DNA of 64,000 nucleotides from Acidimicrobiia bacterium (lineage in GTDB: Bacteria; Actinomycetota; Acidimicrobiia; Spongiisociales; Spongiisociaceae), in assembly GCA_041576165.1 (NCBI GenBank), contig JBFGLM010000014.1:7834-71833 (forward strand), in the 5' to 3' direction. Below are positions 37,816 through 46,907 of the stretch, piece after piece (within the stretch, counting starts at the first letter, position 1; each line of letters opens with the position of its first letter). Under the pieces are notes generated by a model. That model was not told where the DNA came from and did not search any database. It saw only the letters and a program-made list of their open reading frames with translations. A program made the translations under genes and the position numbers.

Positions 37816-38552
37816 CCTCCCAGTCCGGCGGTCCAGTCCTGCGGACCGGCGGCGGGGCGAGTAGTCCCGGCGAGCGACTGAATCCCGAAGGCGTCGGCCG
37901 GGATCGTGAGGAAGGCGTCCGGCTCCCACAGGCCGGCGTCGATCGCGATCTGAGATCGTCCGTGCCCGGCCGACCCCCATTCGACATAGGTGACCATCTG
38001 CTGAGCGTCCTCGAACGCCGAGGATCTGAACAGGGCCAGCTCTCCGTCGGTGCGATCAATGGACCCCACCCGCCCATTCATCGGAATGACTGCCTTGGCG
38101 ATCCCCGCCCCATCCCCCAGGTTGGCGCCGTCTCCTACCGCCAGCCACACAGCCTCGAGTGGCTCAAGCTCAATGGACGGGATCTGGAAATACTGTGGGC
38201 GACTGCAGAGCGCATATCCACCCAGATCGCCCGCCACGATCCCAACATTGGCAATCGCGACAAACCCGTTCGCCCCGAACTGGATCTCTGTGATCGCAAA
38301 CTCGGCCGTCGCATCCGGAGGCAGGGTCGTGGTGGTCGCTCGCGTCGTCTCCGCCGCGGCCGCGGTTGTATCGGTTTCCTGCAAGATGGTTGTGGTCGCG
38401 TCGCGGGCCGAAGTGTCGGTGGTCTCCACCGTGGGCGGTGTGGTTGTAGAAGCATCCGTCGTCTGAATCGTCGAACGACGGGGCTCGCGTAGCACCAGGA
38501 GAACCGCGGCCACCAAGAGCAGCAACGCGAGGACACCAATCAACCTACGCAT
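37812..38552 (-). CDS. membrane-anchored Thr-rich protein with lamin-tail-like (LTD-like) beta domain
   Basis: ATG 38552 after gagagaagg. TM anchor MRRLIGVLALLLLVAAVLLVL, a Thr/Ala-rich linker, then FAITEIQFGANGFVAIANVGIVAGDLGGYALCS...ELEPLEAVWLAVGDG, which resembles LTD domains (weak). Confidence 0.5.
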   Translation of the reverse strand: MRRLIGVLALLLLVAAVLLVLREPRRSTIQTTDASTTTPPTVETTDTSARDATTTILQETDTTAAAAETTRATTTTLPPDATAEFAITEIQFGANGFVAIANVGIVAGDLGGYALCSRPQYFQIPSIELEPLEAVWLAVGDGANLGDGAGIAKAVIPMNGRVGSIDRTDGELALFRSSAFEDAQQMVTYVEWGSAGHGRSQIAIDAGLWEPDAFLTIPADAFGIQSLAGTTRPAAGPQDWTAGLGG

Positions 38553-39307
38553 CGTTGCCTTCTCTCGACTACCTCGTTGATCAAACGGACCAGCGTCGGC
38601 TGGGCAGAATCCGACCACACAGTGTGTCCTTGCTCGCTGGGGTGGAACAGGTCCGGTGAGAACATACCTGGTCGGGTTCGGAATGGCTCTGATGCCAGCT
38701 CGCGGATCGGCACCTTGACCACGTGTGGTTGGCCGGCGGCTGTCTGGCGATGAACCCGCTCAAACAACGCTGACCGGACGTTGAGCAGATGGGCGAGTGG
38801 GCCCGGCAACCGGGGTATCGCACCGACATTGCCAATGCCCAACAGCGCAACTATCGCCCCGGCGTCTACCAGCGACTGCACGATGAACCGGAAATCCGCC
38901 CGGAAGCGCTTCAGCGGCACGCCCCGGATCGCGTCGTTCGATCCGACCGATACCAGGGCGATGTCGGGCTCGGTATCGAGTGCTGCTGTCAGCTGCGTGC
39001 GGCGCACATCGGCGGCCTTCGAGCCACCGACCGCCACGCTGACCAGCGTCACCCGGACGTCGGGCCTGATGCGCACGAGAGACTGCCGGATCCAAATATC
39101 GGCAGGGTCCAGCAAACCTGGGCCGGTCAGGGTGCTGTCGCCTAACGCAACGATCGTGATGGGTGTGCCGTCCTCGGGTCCGACCGCACCGGAGGCATCG
39201 AGGTTGGTGAACGAGGGGAGGGTGCGGTGGCCGGCGTAGTAACCCTGAGCCACCAGGCCCACGACTGTGGCCAGCCCGGCCCCGGACATCGCCTTGCGTA
39301 GCTGCAT
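38540..39307 (-). CDS. SGNH/GDSL-family hydrolase
   Basis: Block I IVALGDSTLTG, block III VSVGSNDA, block V DLFHPSEQGH. Confidence 0.75.
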   Translation of the reverse strand: MQLRKAMSGAGLATVVGLVAQGYYAGHRTLPSFTNLDASGAVGPEDGTPITIVALGDSTLTGPGLLDPADIWIRQSLVRIRPDVRVTLVSVAVGGSKAADVRRTQLTAALDTEPDIALVSVGSNDAIRGVPLKRFRADFRFIVQSLVDAGAIVALLGIGNVGAIPRLPGPLAHLLNVRSALFERVHRQTAAGQPHVVKVPIRELASEPFRTRPGMFSPDLFHPSEQGHTVWSDSAQPTLVRLINEVVERRQRCVG

Positions 39308-39367
39308 GAGTGGTTTTCTAGCAGCATCGGAAAGCCAGCCGGTCGCACCTAGGCCGGCCGCAGCTCC

Positions 39368-40393
39368 CTACTTTCCGCGTCTGTGCTCGTCGTCCTCGTC
39401 CCCGGTCTTGTCCGGGTGGTTGGCCTGGCGGTCCTTGTCTCTCCTGCCGTGGTCAGCGGACTGGTCGCCGGAACCGGCGTCCGGGTCCTGGTCGCCGGCC
39501 AGCAGTGTGAAGGTGAAGCTGGCCTCGCCGCCGCTCGCAGCTTTGACCGCCACCGAGAAGGTCTCGCCGATCGGGACATTAGAGAACGAGACCCGCAGGT
39601 CCCATGTTCCCTTTTCTCCGACTCGCGTCTCGCCTGCGCCGTACGGAGAGGTGACTTTGATCATGTCGCCCGGGTGGCCGGTGCCCCAATACACGTCGCG
39701 GGGCTTCTTTCCCTCCACCGTCCCGTACTTGTTGTTTGCAGTGAACGCGCCCGTGCGGCGGTCGACGGCCTCTTCGTTCCCATCAGTCCCGCCGGGCGCC
39801 GCGCTGGGAGATGGTCCAGGCACGTCGTAGTGCGCTGTGACCGATGCCTCGCGCACGGTCACACCATCGGGGCTGGTGGCGTACAAGGTGGCCTTGTTCG
39901 GTCCTGGGGTCAGTACTAGTCCGATTGACCAGTTGCCTTTGCCATCGTGCGTTGCGGCAAACCCGGCCGCCGTGACCGTCCACCCGACAGGAGCAGTCCC
40001 GCGGAATGTCACGTATTGCTCGGCGAAACGGGCTTCCGGCTGGGGGAAAGTGATCTCAAATGGGATCGCTCCGGCGGCCGCAGTGAACGAGACATCCGGG
40101 TCTGCCGGCTCACCGGACACCGAGGCCGCAACCTCGAGCAACGTTGTGGTCGGAGCGGAGGACGGCTCGGTCCCTGCGACGAATCCAGACATGACCTGTA
40201 CGGGCTCAGGTGCACGCGGCGCCAGCGAGCCAGCCTTCGCCAAGGCGACCCCAGCCAGCAGCACGACGACAAAGGCCGCGCTGAAGACAGCGATGGTCCG
40301 TTTGTTGAACAAGCAGTTCCCCCTGCGGGTTCGAAGATTCCCCGGGTCCGCGTGGATGATGAACTTGTGGGGGCGGTGGTCCCGCCTTCTCAC
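39368..40393 (-). CDS. membrane-anchored hypothetical protein with beta-rich (Ig-like?) domains and basic/acidic tail
   Basis: TM segment IAVFSAAFVVVLLAGVALA. The start is uncertain: GTG 40393, or TTG 40312 after aggggga. No family recognised. Confidence 0.5.
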   Translation of the reverse strand: MRRRDHRPHKFIIHADPGNLRTRRGNCLFNKRTIAVFSAAFVVVLLAGVALAKAGSLAPRAPEPVQVMSGFVAGTEPSSAPTTTLLEVAASVSGEPADPDVSFTAAAGAIPFEITFPQPEARFAEQYVTFRGTAPVGWTVTAAGFAATHDGKGNWSIGLVLTPGPNKATLYATSPDGVTVREASVTAHYDVPGPSPSAAPGGTDGNEEAVDRRTGAFTANNKYGTVEGKKPRDVYWGTGHPGDMIKVTSPYGAGETRVGEKGTWDLRVSFSNVPIGETFSVAVKAASGGEASFTFTLLAGDQDPDAGSGDQSADHGRRDKDRQANHPDKTGDEDDEHRRGK

Positions 40394-40465
40394 ACAAGAC
40401 TCGCCCTATGGGGCCGCTGAGGTTTACCGGGTTCCTAGGAAGAATCTGGGCGGCGGCCGTCGGGG

Positions 40466-41680
40466 TCAGGCCGCGCTCAGGGTGTGCGCCGCAGTCTCGG
40501 TGATCTGTTCGATACCCCAGCTGAGATCGTCCTCCCCGATGATCAAGGGTGGAGCGAAGCGGACGCTGTGGCCGTGGGTGTCTTTGGCGATGACCCGTCG
40601 CTTCAAGAGGGCTTCGACGAAGTCACGCCCGCTCGGCCCCTGCGCCGGCAGATCAACTCCAGCCCAAAGACCCCGGCCGCGGACCGAGACTACGCCGTCG
40701 ACTGAACGCAGCCCGCTGCGCAGCACCCGTCCGAGTTCGCGGGCGCGCTGCTGATACTCGCCGGTCTTGAGCATCGAGACGACTTCTCGCCCGATGGCGG
40801 CGGCCAGTGGGTTGCCGCCGAAGGTGCTGCCATGTTCGCCCGGCTGCAGAACGCCCATGACGGCCCAGTTGGCGACCACCGCCGAGAGCGGCACGATGCC
40901 TCCGCCCAGAGCTTTGCCAAGGATGTAAACGTCGGGTCTGACGTCGTCGTGGTCGCATGCGAAGGTGTGTCCGGTCCGGCCGAGGCCCGACTGGATTTCG
41001 TCTGCGATGAACAGCACGCCGTAGCGGGCCGTGATCGCTCTCACCTTGCGCAAGTACCGGGGGGGCGGGGTGATGACTCCGGCTTCACCCTGGACGGGCT
41101 CCAGCAACACCGCAACGGTGGTCTCGTCGATGGCGGCTTCGAGCGCGTCGGCGTCGCCGAACGGCACCGATCGGAAGCCCGGTGTGAACGGCCCGAATCC
41201 GGTGCGAGCCTGCGGATCGTCGGAGAAGCTGATGATCGAGATCGTCCGGCCGTGAAAGTTGCCGTCGGCGACGATGATCGTCGCCGTGCCAGGTGCGACA
41301 CCCTTGGCTTCGTAGCCCCATTTGCGAGCCAGCTTGAGCGCGGTTTCGACCGCCTCGGCGCCACTGTTCATCAACAGGGCCGCGTCCAGCCCGGTGAGCT
41401 CGGCCAAGTCGCGGCACAACCGACCCATCTGGTCGTTGTGTATGGCCCGGCTGGTCAGTGTCACCTTGGCCAGCTGTCGTTCGGCGGCTGCGACCAGGCG
41501 GGGGTGGCGGTGGCCGAAGTTGAGCGCCGAATACGCCGACAGCATGTCCAGGTAGCGGACACCCTCGACATCGGTGATCCACGCCCCCTCGGCGCACGCG
41601 GCTGCCACCGGGAGCGGGTGATAGTTGTGAGCGGCGAACCGCTCATCAGCGCGAATGATGTCGTCGTTCTTGGCCATCAC
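40466..41680 (-). CDS. rocD: ornithine--oxo-acid aminotransferase
   Basis: HNYHPLPVAAACAEGAWITDVEGVRYLDMLSAYSALNFGHRHPRL...NSGAEAVETALKLARKWGY...DEIQSGLGRTG is a class-III aminotransferase of RocD type. ATGA overlap with the upstream amidinotransferase-fold gene. Confidence 0.85.
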   Translation of the reverse strand: MMAKNDDIIRADERFAAHNYHPLPVAAACAEGAWITDVEGVRYLDMLSAYSALNFGHRHPRLVAAAERQLAKVTLTSRAIHNDQMGRLCRDLAELTGLDAALLMNSGAEAVETALKLARKWGYEAKGVAPGTATIIVADGNFHGRTISIISFSDDPQARTGFGPFTPGFRSVPFGDADALEAAIDETTVAVLLEPVQGEAGVITPPPRYLRKVRAITARYGVLFIADEIQSGLGRTGHTFACDHDDVRPDVYILGKALGGGIVPLSAVVANWAVMGVLQPGEHGSTFGGNPLAAAIGREVVSMLKTGEYQQRARELGRVLRSGLRSVDGVVSVRGRGLWAGVDLPAQGPSGRDFVEALLKRRVIAKDTHGHSVRFAPPLIIGEDDLSWGIEQITETAAHTLSAA

Positions 41681-42522
41681 GCAGTCTTCGCGGCCTGAGC
41701 GCCGGTCCCGATGTCGAGCGGTAACGTCAGGCAGCGGACGGCGCCCCCCGCTTTCAAGAACTCGCCTACGGGGGTCACGACTGGGTGAAACCCGCGGCTG
41801 CGCAGCTCGTCACACAGCCGCGTACTGAGGTATGGGCTGATGACGGTGCGGTCGATGACGATCGAGTTGGCGGCGAACTTGAGCGCTTCCTCGTCCGTGA
41901 GAAGGACGGGATCAGGGACGAGAGCTTGCAGCGTCTCCAGCCCACGATCGGTCAGCCCGGCCGGCGCGATGAGGGCACTGTGCGAATCGAGCGGAGCGAA
42001 CACCAGGTCGATGTGGTACAGACGGGGATCGGGCAGCGCGAGCGGTAGCACCGGGATCGCCAGCACCTGGCTGATGTTGCGCCAGGCGGCCCGGCTGGAC
42101 CGTTGACCGTGACCGGCGATGAGTTGGTCAGCAAAGGGCAGCGCATCGCCCATACCCTCGAATGCTCCACCGGAGATGCTTTGGACAATGAAGCCATTGG
42201 CCGCAGCCCACTCGGCATAGAGCTCGGGCTCTCCGTCACGCTCGGGGAAACGCATCCGGGCAGGCAAGAACATCCCTCCGGTGACCACACCCGCATTGGC
42301 GCTGAAGACCATGTCGGGGAGGGAAGGATCTGGAGCGACCGTTTCCACCCGGCCACTTGCTTGCTCGATCGCCGTCACCAGGCCATGCCACTGGCGTTGC
42401 GCGGACGTGCGATCGACGGCAGCTTCCTGGTCCATCCAGGGGTTGATGGCATACTCCACCGTGAAGTAGTCGGGCGGGCACATGAGGTAGCGATGTCCCC
42501 AGTCGAGACTGGTCCTCTGCAT
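41677..42522 (-). CDS. dimethylarginine dimethylaminohydrolase/amidinotransferase-fold enzyme
   Basis: ATG 42522 preceded by aaggagg. HRYLMCPPDYFTVEYAINPWMD and C-terminal GGAVRCLTL (catalytic Cys region). Pairing with rocD mirrors the mycobacterial Rv2323c-rocD arrangement. Confidence 0.75.
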   Translation of the reverse strand: MQRTSLDWGHRYLMCPPDYFTVEYAINPWMDQEAAVDRTSAQRQWHGLVTAIEQASGRVETVAPDPSLPDMVFSANAGVVTGGMFLPARMRFPERDGEPELYAEWAAANGFIVQSISGGAFEGMGDALPFADQLIAGHGQRSSRAAWRNISQVLAIPVLPLALPDPRLYHIDLVFAPLDSHSALIAPAGLTDRGLETLQALVPDPVLLTDEEALKFAANSIVIDRTVISPYLSTRLCDELRSRGFHPVVTPVGEFLKAGGAVRCLTLPLDIGTGAQAAKTA

Positions 42523-42610
42523 ACAGCTCCTCCTTCGCGTCGCCGCAGCCGCCGGTCCAGTGCCGCGGAATGGCACGGCTCGTTCACGGCTGGTCAATTG
42601 GATGACCGTT

Positions 42611-42662
42611 CAGTACAGTGTATTGTATCACTATATAATGACTAATGAGATCAATGTATTTG
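42611..42662. promoter_or_regulatory. AT-rich divergent promoter/operator region
   Basis: cagtacagtgtattgtatcactatataatgactaatgagatcaatgtattt is strikingly AT-rich for this genome. It contains TATAAT at 42634-42639 and lies between divergent ddaH-rocD and the XRE-cupin gene. Confidence 0.35.
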
Positions 42663-42684
42663 ACCGGCTGAGACGAGGTTTCCT

Positions 42685-43284
42685 GTGAGCGACGATGTGA
42701 TCACTCAAGCGCCGACCGTGACCGAGGCGGTGGCCCGCAATGTACGCGAAGCCCGCATCGAGCGGGGGTGGACCCTTGACCAACTGGCCGGCCGCTCTGG
42801 GGTCAGCAAGGGCATGGTCGTCCAGATCGAACAAGGAAGGACCAACCCCAGCATCGGTACGTTGAGCAAGATCTCCGAGGCCCTGGGAGTGTCGCTGCCG
42901 GACCTCGTGGACAACGGGGGAGCACCCACGGTGCGTGTTGTCGAAAGCGACCAGGCGGCGCTGCTGTGGGATACATCCGCCGGAAGCAGCGCGCGGCTGC
43001 TGGTCGGCGGGCGCCGGCCCGACTTCATCGAACTGTGGGAGTGGGTGCTCGTTCCCGGCGAAGAATACGAGGGCACCGTGCACCCGCTCGGGATACGCGA
43101 GCTGCTGTATGTAGACAAGGGGGTTTTGAGCTTGGCGGTGGGAGAACACGAGTACCGGCTGGCCGCGGGCACATCGGCGGCGTACCCCGGCGACCAACCT
43201 CACCGCTACCGCAACGACGGACCCGACCGAGTTCGCATATTCCTGGTCATGGTCGACCCTGGAGGAACCGGGCGCAGCGGGTGA
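42685..43284 (+). CDS. XRE-family HTH regulator with C-terminal cupin domain
   Basis: WTLDQLAGRSGVSKGMVVQIEQGRTNPSIGTLSKISEALGVSL (HTH_3), then a cupin beta-barrel (ELLYVDKGVLSLAVGEHEYRLAAGTSAAYPGDQPHRYRN). Confidence 0.8.
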   Translation: MSDDVITQAPTVTEAVARNVREARIERGWTLDQLAGRSGVSKGMVVQIEQGRTNPSIGTLSKISEALGVSLPDLVDNGGAPTVRVVESDQAALLWDTSAGSSARLLVGGRRPDFIELWEWVLVPGEEYEGTVHPLGIRELLYVDKGVLSLAVGEHEYRLAAGTSAAYPGDQPHRYRNDGPDRVRIFLVMVDPGGTGRSG

Positions 43285-43302
43285 TCGGCAGGGTCGGAGC
43301 CC

Positions 43303-44481
43303 TCAGCCCGCCAGCTCTTTCTCGACCGGCGTCCGGAACCGGGGCGTCACCACCGTCCCGTCCAGGATCCCCTCCAGCCGGCTCACTTCTTCGTGTAACA
43401 GCGCGTCGTGTGTGGAGGAGAGCGGCTCGAACAATGCGGTGACGATCTCACCCGTGGGGCGCTGTCCCCATCCGCCCACCACGCGGCCGTCGGCCCACAA
43501 GGTAGGACCGGCATTGCCGTTGCGGTCGAACAGACGGGCCGCGTGACTCCCGAAATACCAATCGCGCTCCTTCCAGCCCATCGGTGTGGGGTCCAGGCCT
43601 GGTAAGAGCGCCACCCACGATTCGGGCGCTGCAGTGCCTCCGACGTCGCCGGTCAACACCCAGCCGGTGCCCTCGTCGAGCGCCACTTCGACCGCGCGGT
43701 TGGCGACCAGCGCTTCGCGTGTCTGGCGGACCGTCCACCCCGTCCACCATTTCAGGTCGTTGAATGTGCCGGGCCCGTAGCCGGCCAGCCAACGGCCGGC
43801 GAGATCCGTTCGGGCATCCGACGGATCTATGTCGGGCATCGCTCGACCCAACCACGCCTCCATGGGCGCCCACCGGTACTGGCTACTGAGCCAACTTCCT
43901 CGGGGGCGGGCACGGACGATCTTGCCTTCGGTCGCGAGCAGGAACAGGACCCGGGTGGAGATACCCATTTCACCGGCCCACATGGCTTCGCCTCCGAACC
44001 GCAGTTTCTGTTTGAGTGCCGGCACATCGGTCGACAGTTCACGCGCCACTGCCTGCCCGCGCTGCGTCAGCGCTGCCAGCGTGCGTTGCTGCACGTCGTC
44101 GAGCCAGCCGTCTCCGTTCTGGGCGACATCTTGGTCTTCGAGCATCTTGACCAGCTTGGTCCGCTCCCGCTTCGCGAGCGGCGCCGAGCAGCCGTGGTGG
44201 AGCAGCGGTGCGAGATCTGTAGGTACGACAAACATCGTCCGGCGCATTCCGAGCACGCGTACGAGCGTGCGGGCTGTGTAGAGCGAATTGGCGACCGCAT
44301 CGATCGAAGGCTCTGCCATTCGGGCCCAGGCCGACAGATACACGGTTGCCGGATCGCTGGAATGAAGACCGACCTGGGCCTCGGCGACCTCCTCGACTCG
44401 CTGTGCGCGGCCAATAGGGGTCAGGTGATGGCGGAGTGCGAGGCGGTGCCGACGTTCCGCGGTACTGATCGTCGGGGTCAC
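43303..44481 (-). CDS. AlkZ/YcaQ-like winged-helix DNA glycosylase family protein (second paralogue)
   Basis: RRHRLALRHHL...VGLHSSDPATVYLSAWARM...TLVRVLGMRRTMFVVP...GNAGPTLWADGRVVGGW matches the HTH_42/AlkZ-like pattern. GTGA overlap with the upstream cupin gene. Confidence 0.7.
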   Translation of the reverse strand: MTPTISTAERRHRLALRHHLTPIGRAQRVEEVAEAQVGLHSSDPATVYLSAWARMAEPSIDAVANSLYTARTLVRVLGMRRTMFVVPTDLAPLLHHGCSAPLAKRERTKLVKMLEDQDVAQNGDGWLDDVQQRTLAALTQRGQAVARELSTDVPALKQKLRFGGEAMWAGEMGISTRVLFLLATEGKIVRARPRGSWLSSQYRWAPMEAWLGRAMPDIDPSDARTDLAGRWLAGYGPGTFNDLKWWTGWTVRQTREALVANRAVEVALDEGTGWVLTGDVGGTAAPESWVALLPGLDPTPMGWKERDWYFGSHAARLFDRNGNAGPTLWADGRVVGGWGQRPTGEIVTALFEPLSSTHDALLHEEVSRLEGILDGTVVTPRFRTPVEKELAG

Positions 44482-44894
44482 GCCGGATGGTCGACGACGT
44501 GGGCCAGCTCATCAAGCTCAGGCATAAGGATGACGCTCTCTTGTTCATTGGGGTCGGTCCGGGCCACCAGAGCCCGGGCCGGCTCGTTCTTGCTGGCGTT
44601 CACGGGCAGATGGGGGACGCCGCCCGGGATGTACACGAAGTCTCCCGGTCCGACGTCGATTCTCTCCCGGAGCTCTTCGCCGTACCACATTGCAGCACGG
44701 CCCTCGAGCACATAGATTGCCGTCTCGTGACCGGCATGGCGGTGGGCCTTGGCCCTGCCGCCGGGCGGTATCTCGAGCAGATGGGCACACAGACTCTGGG
44801 CGCCCACCGACTCGGCCGAAACTCCCATGAACTGGTTGAGGCCTTGTTTGCTCTCGGTGCCGGTGGATGATCTGACCACCGCAACCCCTGCCAT
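44478..44894 (-). CDS. cupin domain protein
   Basis: EIPPGGRAKAHRHAGHETAIYVLEGRAAMWYGEELRERIDVGPGDFVYIPGGVPHLP. ATG 44894 lies 6 nt after gaagaagggg; the ORF-track start is GTG 44900. Confidence 0.7.
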   Translation of the reverse strand: MAGVAVVRSSTGTESKQGLNQFMGVSAESVGAQSLCAHLLEIPPGGRAKAHRHAGHETAIYVLEGRAAMWYGEELRERIDVGPGDFVYIPGGVPHLPVNASKNEPARALVARTDPNEQESVILMPELDELAHVVDHPA

Positions 44895-44966
44895 CTTCAC
44901 CCCTTCTTCGGTCGACGCCGAGGCTACCGGGGAGGGACGCCACCCTCACAGTGGGGGAAGCAGTGT

Positions 44967-45644
44967 TCAGTTCGACTTCGAATCGGGGTCGGCGTTCACT
45001 TCGGCTGCGAGCCGGTTCCGATCGAGGACCCGGATGCTGCGGTACCCCGTTTCGACCAGCCCGGCTTCGGCGAGTTCAGACAGCGACCGGTTGATCGTCT
45101 GACGGCGTACTCCCAACATGGCGGCCATCGTGGTCTGGGACATCTCGACGTGCCCGGCATCGTCGGCGTGTTCGACGAGCAGGCCTGCAACTTGCTGGCG
45201 GGCCGTGCGTCCAAGCAACAGCTCCAGCTGGTCGTGGGATTCGCCGAGCGCACGCATCGCCGCCGTCAGAAATGCAAGCGACAGCGACGTGCTCGACTCC
45301 AGCAGCGGGATCAGTTTGCGGCGGTCGAACCAGTAGATCTCGCAGTACGTCGCCACGTAGGCGCTCGACTGGTACGGCACGTTGAGGAACATCGAGATGT
45401 CGCCGATGAACTTGCCGCTGCCGGGTCGCGTGATGATTCGCTGGCGACCGTTGTGTCGGGAAACCTCGACGATCCCACGCAAGATCAGATGGCAGTACCG
45501 GGATGGCTCTCCCTGGTCGAAGACTTTGTCACCGGGTCGGTAGACGATCACGTCCCCGCATTCGGCCAGTGCCTCCAGGTCGGCCCGCGACGGGCGTTTC
45601 CCGAGCGTCGCCCGTAAGGTCCGGATCAGGCGTGGGTTGCTCAT
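44967..45644 (-). CDS. Crp/Fnr-family transcriptional regulator
   Basis: ATG 45644 after gggagga. cNMP-binding domain (VIVYRPGDKVFDQGEPSRYCHLILRGIVEV). C-terminal HTH MSQTTMAAMLGVRRQTINRSLSELAEAGLV. Confidence 0.8.
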   Translation of the reverse strand: MSNPRLIRTLRATLGKRPSRADLEALAECGDVIVYRPGDKVFDQGEPSRYCHLILRGIVEVSRHNGRQRIITRPGSGKFIGDISMFLNVPYQSSAYVATYCEIYWFDRRKLIPLLESSTSLSLAFLTAAMRALGESHDQLELLLGRTARQQVAGLLVEHADDAGHVEMSQTTMAAMLGVRRQTINRSLSELAEAGLVETGYRSIRVLDRNRLAAEVNADPDSKSN

Positions 45645-45856
45645 CTGTGGTCCTCCCGGCCGAGCGGTGCGGGTGGTCGGCGCCCGGATCATCGCCGCCT
45701 GTTCGAGACCGCTCAATCTTGCCGGTTGGTCCGGGGCCGCCCTTGCTTGTGGACGTGGAGTCACAGGTTAGAAGGATTGATCGTGCGGTTGCTGCAATGC
45801 GCCTGTCGGGAAGTCGCAGGCCAGACGGGACGGCAGGTGGTGTGGGAACGGCGATC

Positions 45857-46750
45857 CTACGGCCTCACCTGCTGGGCGAGGCGCGCGTACGGCGATGCTC
45901 CCCGTGTCGACACGCCACTCAGACCCGACTCGAGTTCCCCGCGGGCGGCGCCGAGGATCGCTTCGACGGCGATCCCTCCGGCTTCCGGATCGTCTGGGTC
46001 GACCAGCTCGGAATGGCGGGTGTTGGCGACGTGTAGACCGGGGTGGTGGCCGGCGTCGACCAGCCGTTCGTAATAGCTCTCGGCGTGGTCGATCGGCACA
46101 TTGGTGTCGCGCACGCCGTGGATCAGCATCATCGGCACATCGACGGACCGACCTGTTTTGCCTTCCGGGGTGAAGTGAGAGGCGTCGACCTCGCCCCACA
46201 GCGTTTGGATTCGCCATCCGTAGTGGTAGGCGCCACCCAGGCCGATGAAAGCTTCCGGGACGTGGGAGATGTGGTCCAGGCAGCTGAAGTCGTAACCGCC
46301 GTGCGGGGTCAGCGCTAAACCCGACCCGGGCAGGCCGCCGTAGGAGAAGCCAACCAGTATCAGGTTGTCCGGATCTGCGCCGTACCGGGAGGCCTGGTTG
46401 CGGGCGTAGCGGACCGAACAGACCACATCTTCGAAGGTGTCTCGAACGGCCTGGCGAGTCCGCGGCTGGCCGCTGTAGTAGGTGGGGACAAAAACGGCTG
46501 CACCCCTCGATGCAACGGCTTGGGCCAGACGGTGCATATCGCCGTTGCCTGTGTTCCCGCCACCGTGCAGCAGAACCACGAGCGGAACGGGTTCGTCGCC
46601 GGGTTCGGCTGGAGCGAATAGGTCAATCGTCTGGGTGTTGGGTCCGGTCAAGTCGTGGATGACCGTGACCTCCTGCGCACCGGAGGCGGCCGGTACCGAC
46701 AGCAATCCGAAGGCAATTATGGATGCGATGGTGCGGGCTGTATGTGACAT
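45857..46750 (-). CDS. secreted alpha/beta hydrolase (esterase-like)
   Basis: Signal peptide MSHTARTIASIIAFGLLSVPAASGA, oxyanion VVLLHGGG, nucleophile elbow GFSYGG, late IHGVRD and His. Confidence 0.75.
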   Translation of the reverse strand: MSHTARTIASIIAFGLLSVPAASGAQEVTVIHDLTGPNTQTIDLFAPAEPGDEPVPLVVLLHGGGNTGNGDMHRLAQAVASRGAAVFVPTYYSGQPRTRQAVRDTFEDVVCSVRYARNQASRYGADPDNLILVGFSYGGLPGSGLALTPHGGYDFSCLDHISHVPEAFIGLGGAYHYGWRIQTLWGEVDASHFTPEGKTGRSVDVPMMLIHGVRDTNVPIDHAESYYERLVDAGHHPGLHVANTRHSELVDPDDPEAGGIAVEAILGAARGELESGLSGVSTRGASPYARLAQQVRP

Positions 46751-46907
46751 GCCCGCACCGTCCGGCGCAGCACTTACAGATCGCTCAGGCTGGGCCTAAC
46801 ACCGGCTGGACCCCCTGAAAGGTGCGAGAAAGGTGCTCGGGGTGGGATTGTCGGGACCGGCAACGCCGGTGTCGGCGTAGCCTTGATCGAGGATGGAGGG
46901 GCCGGCC

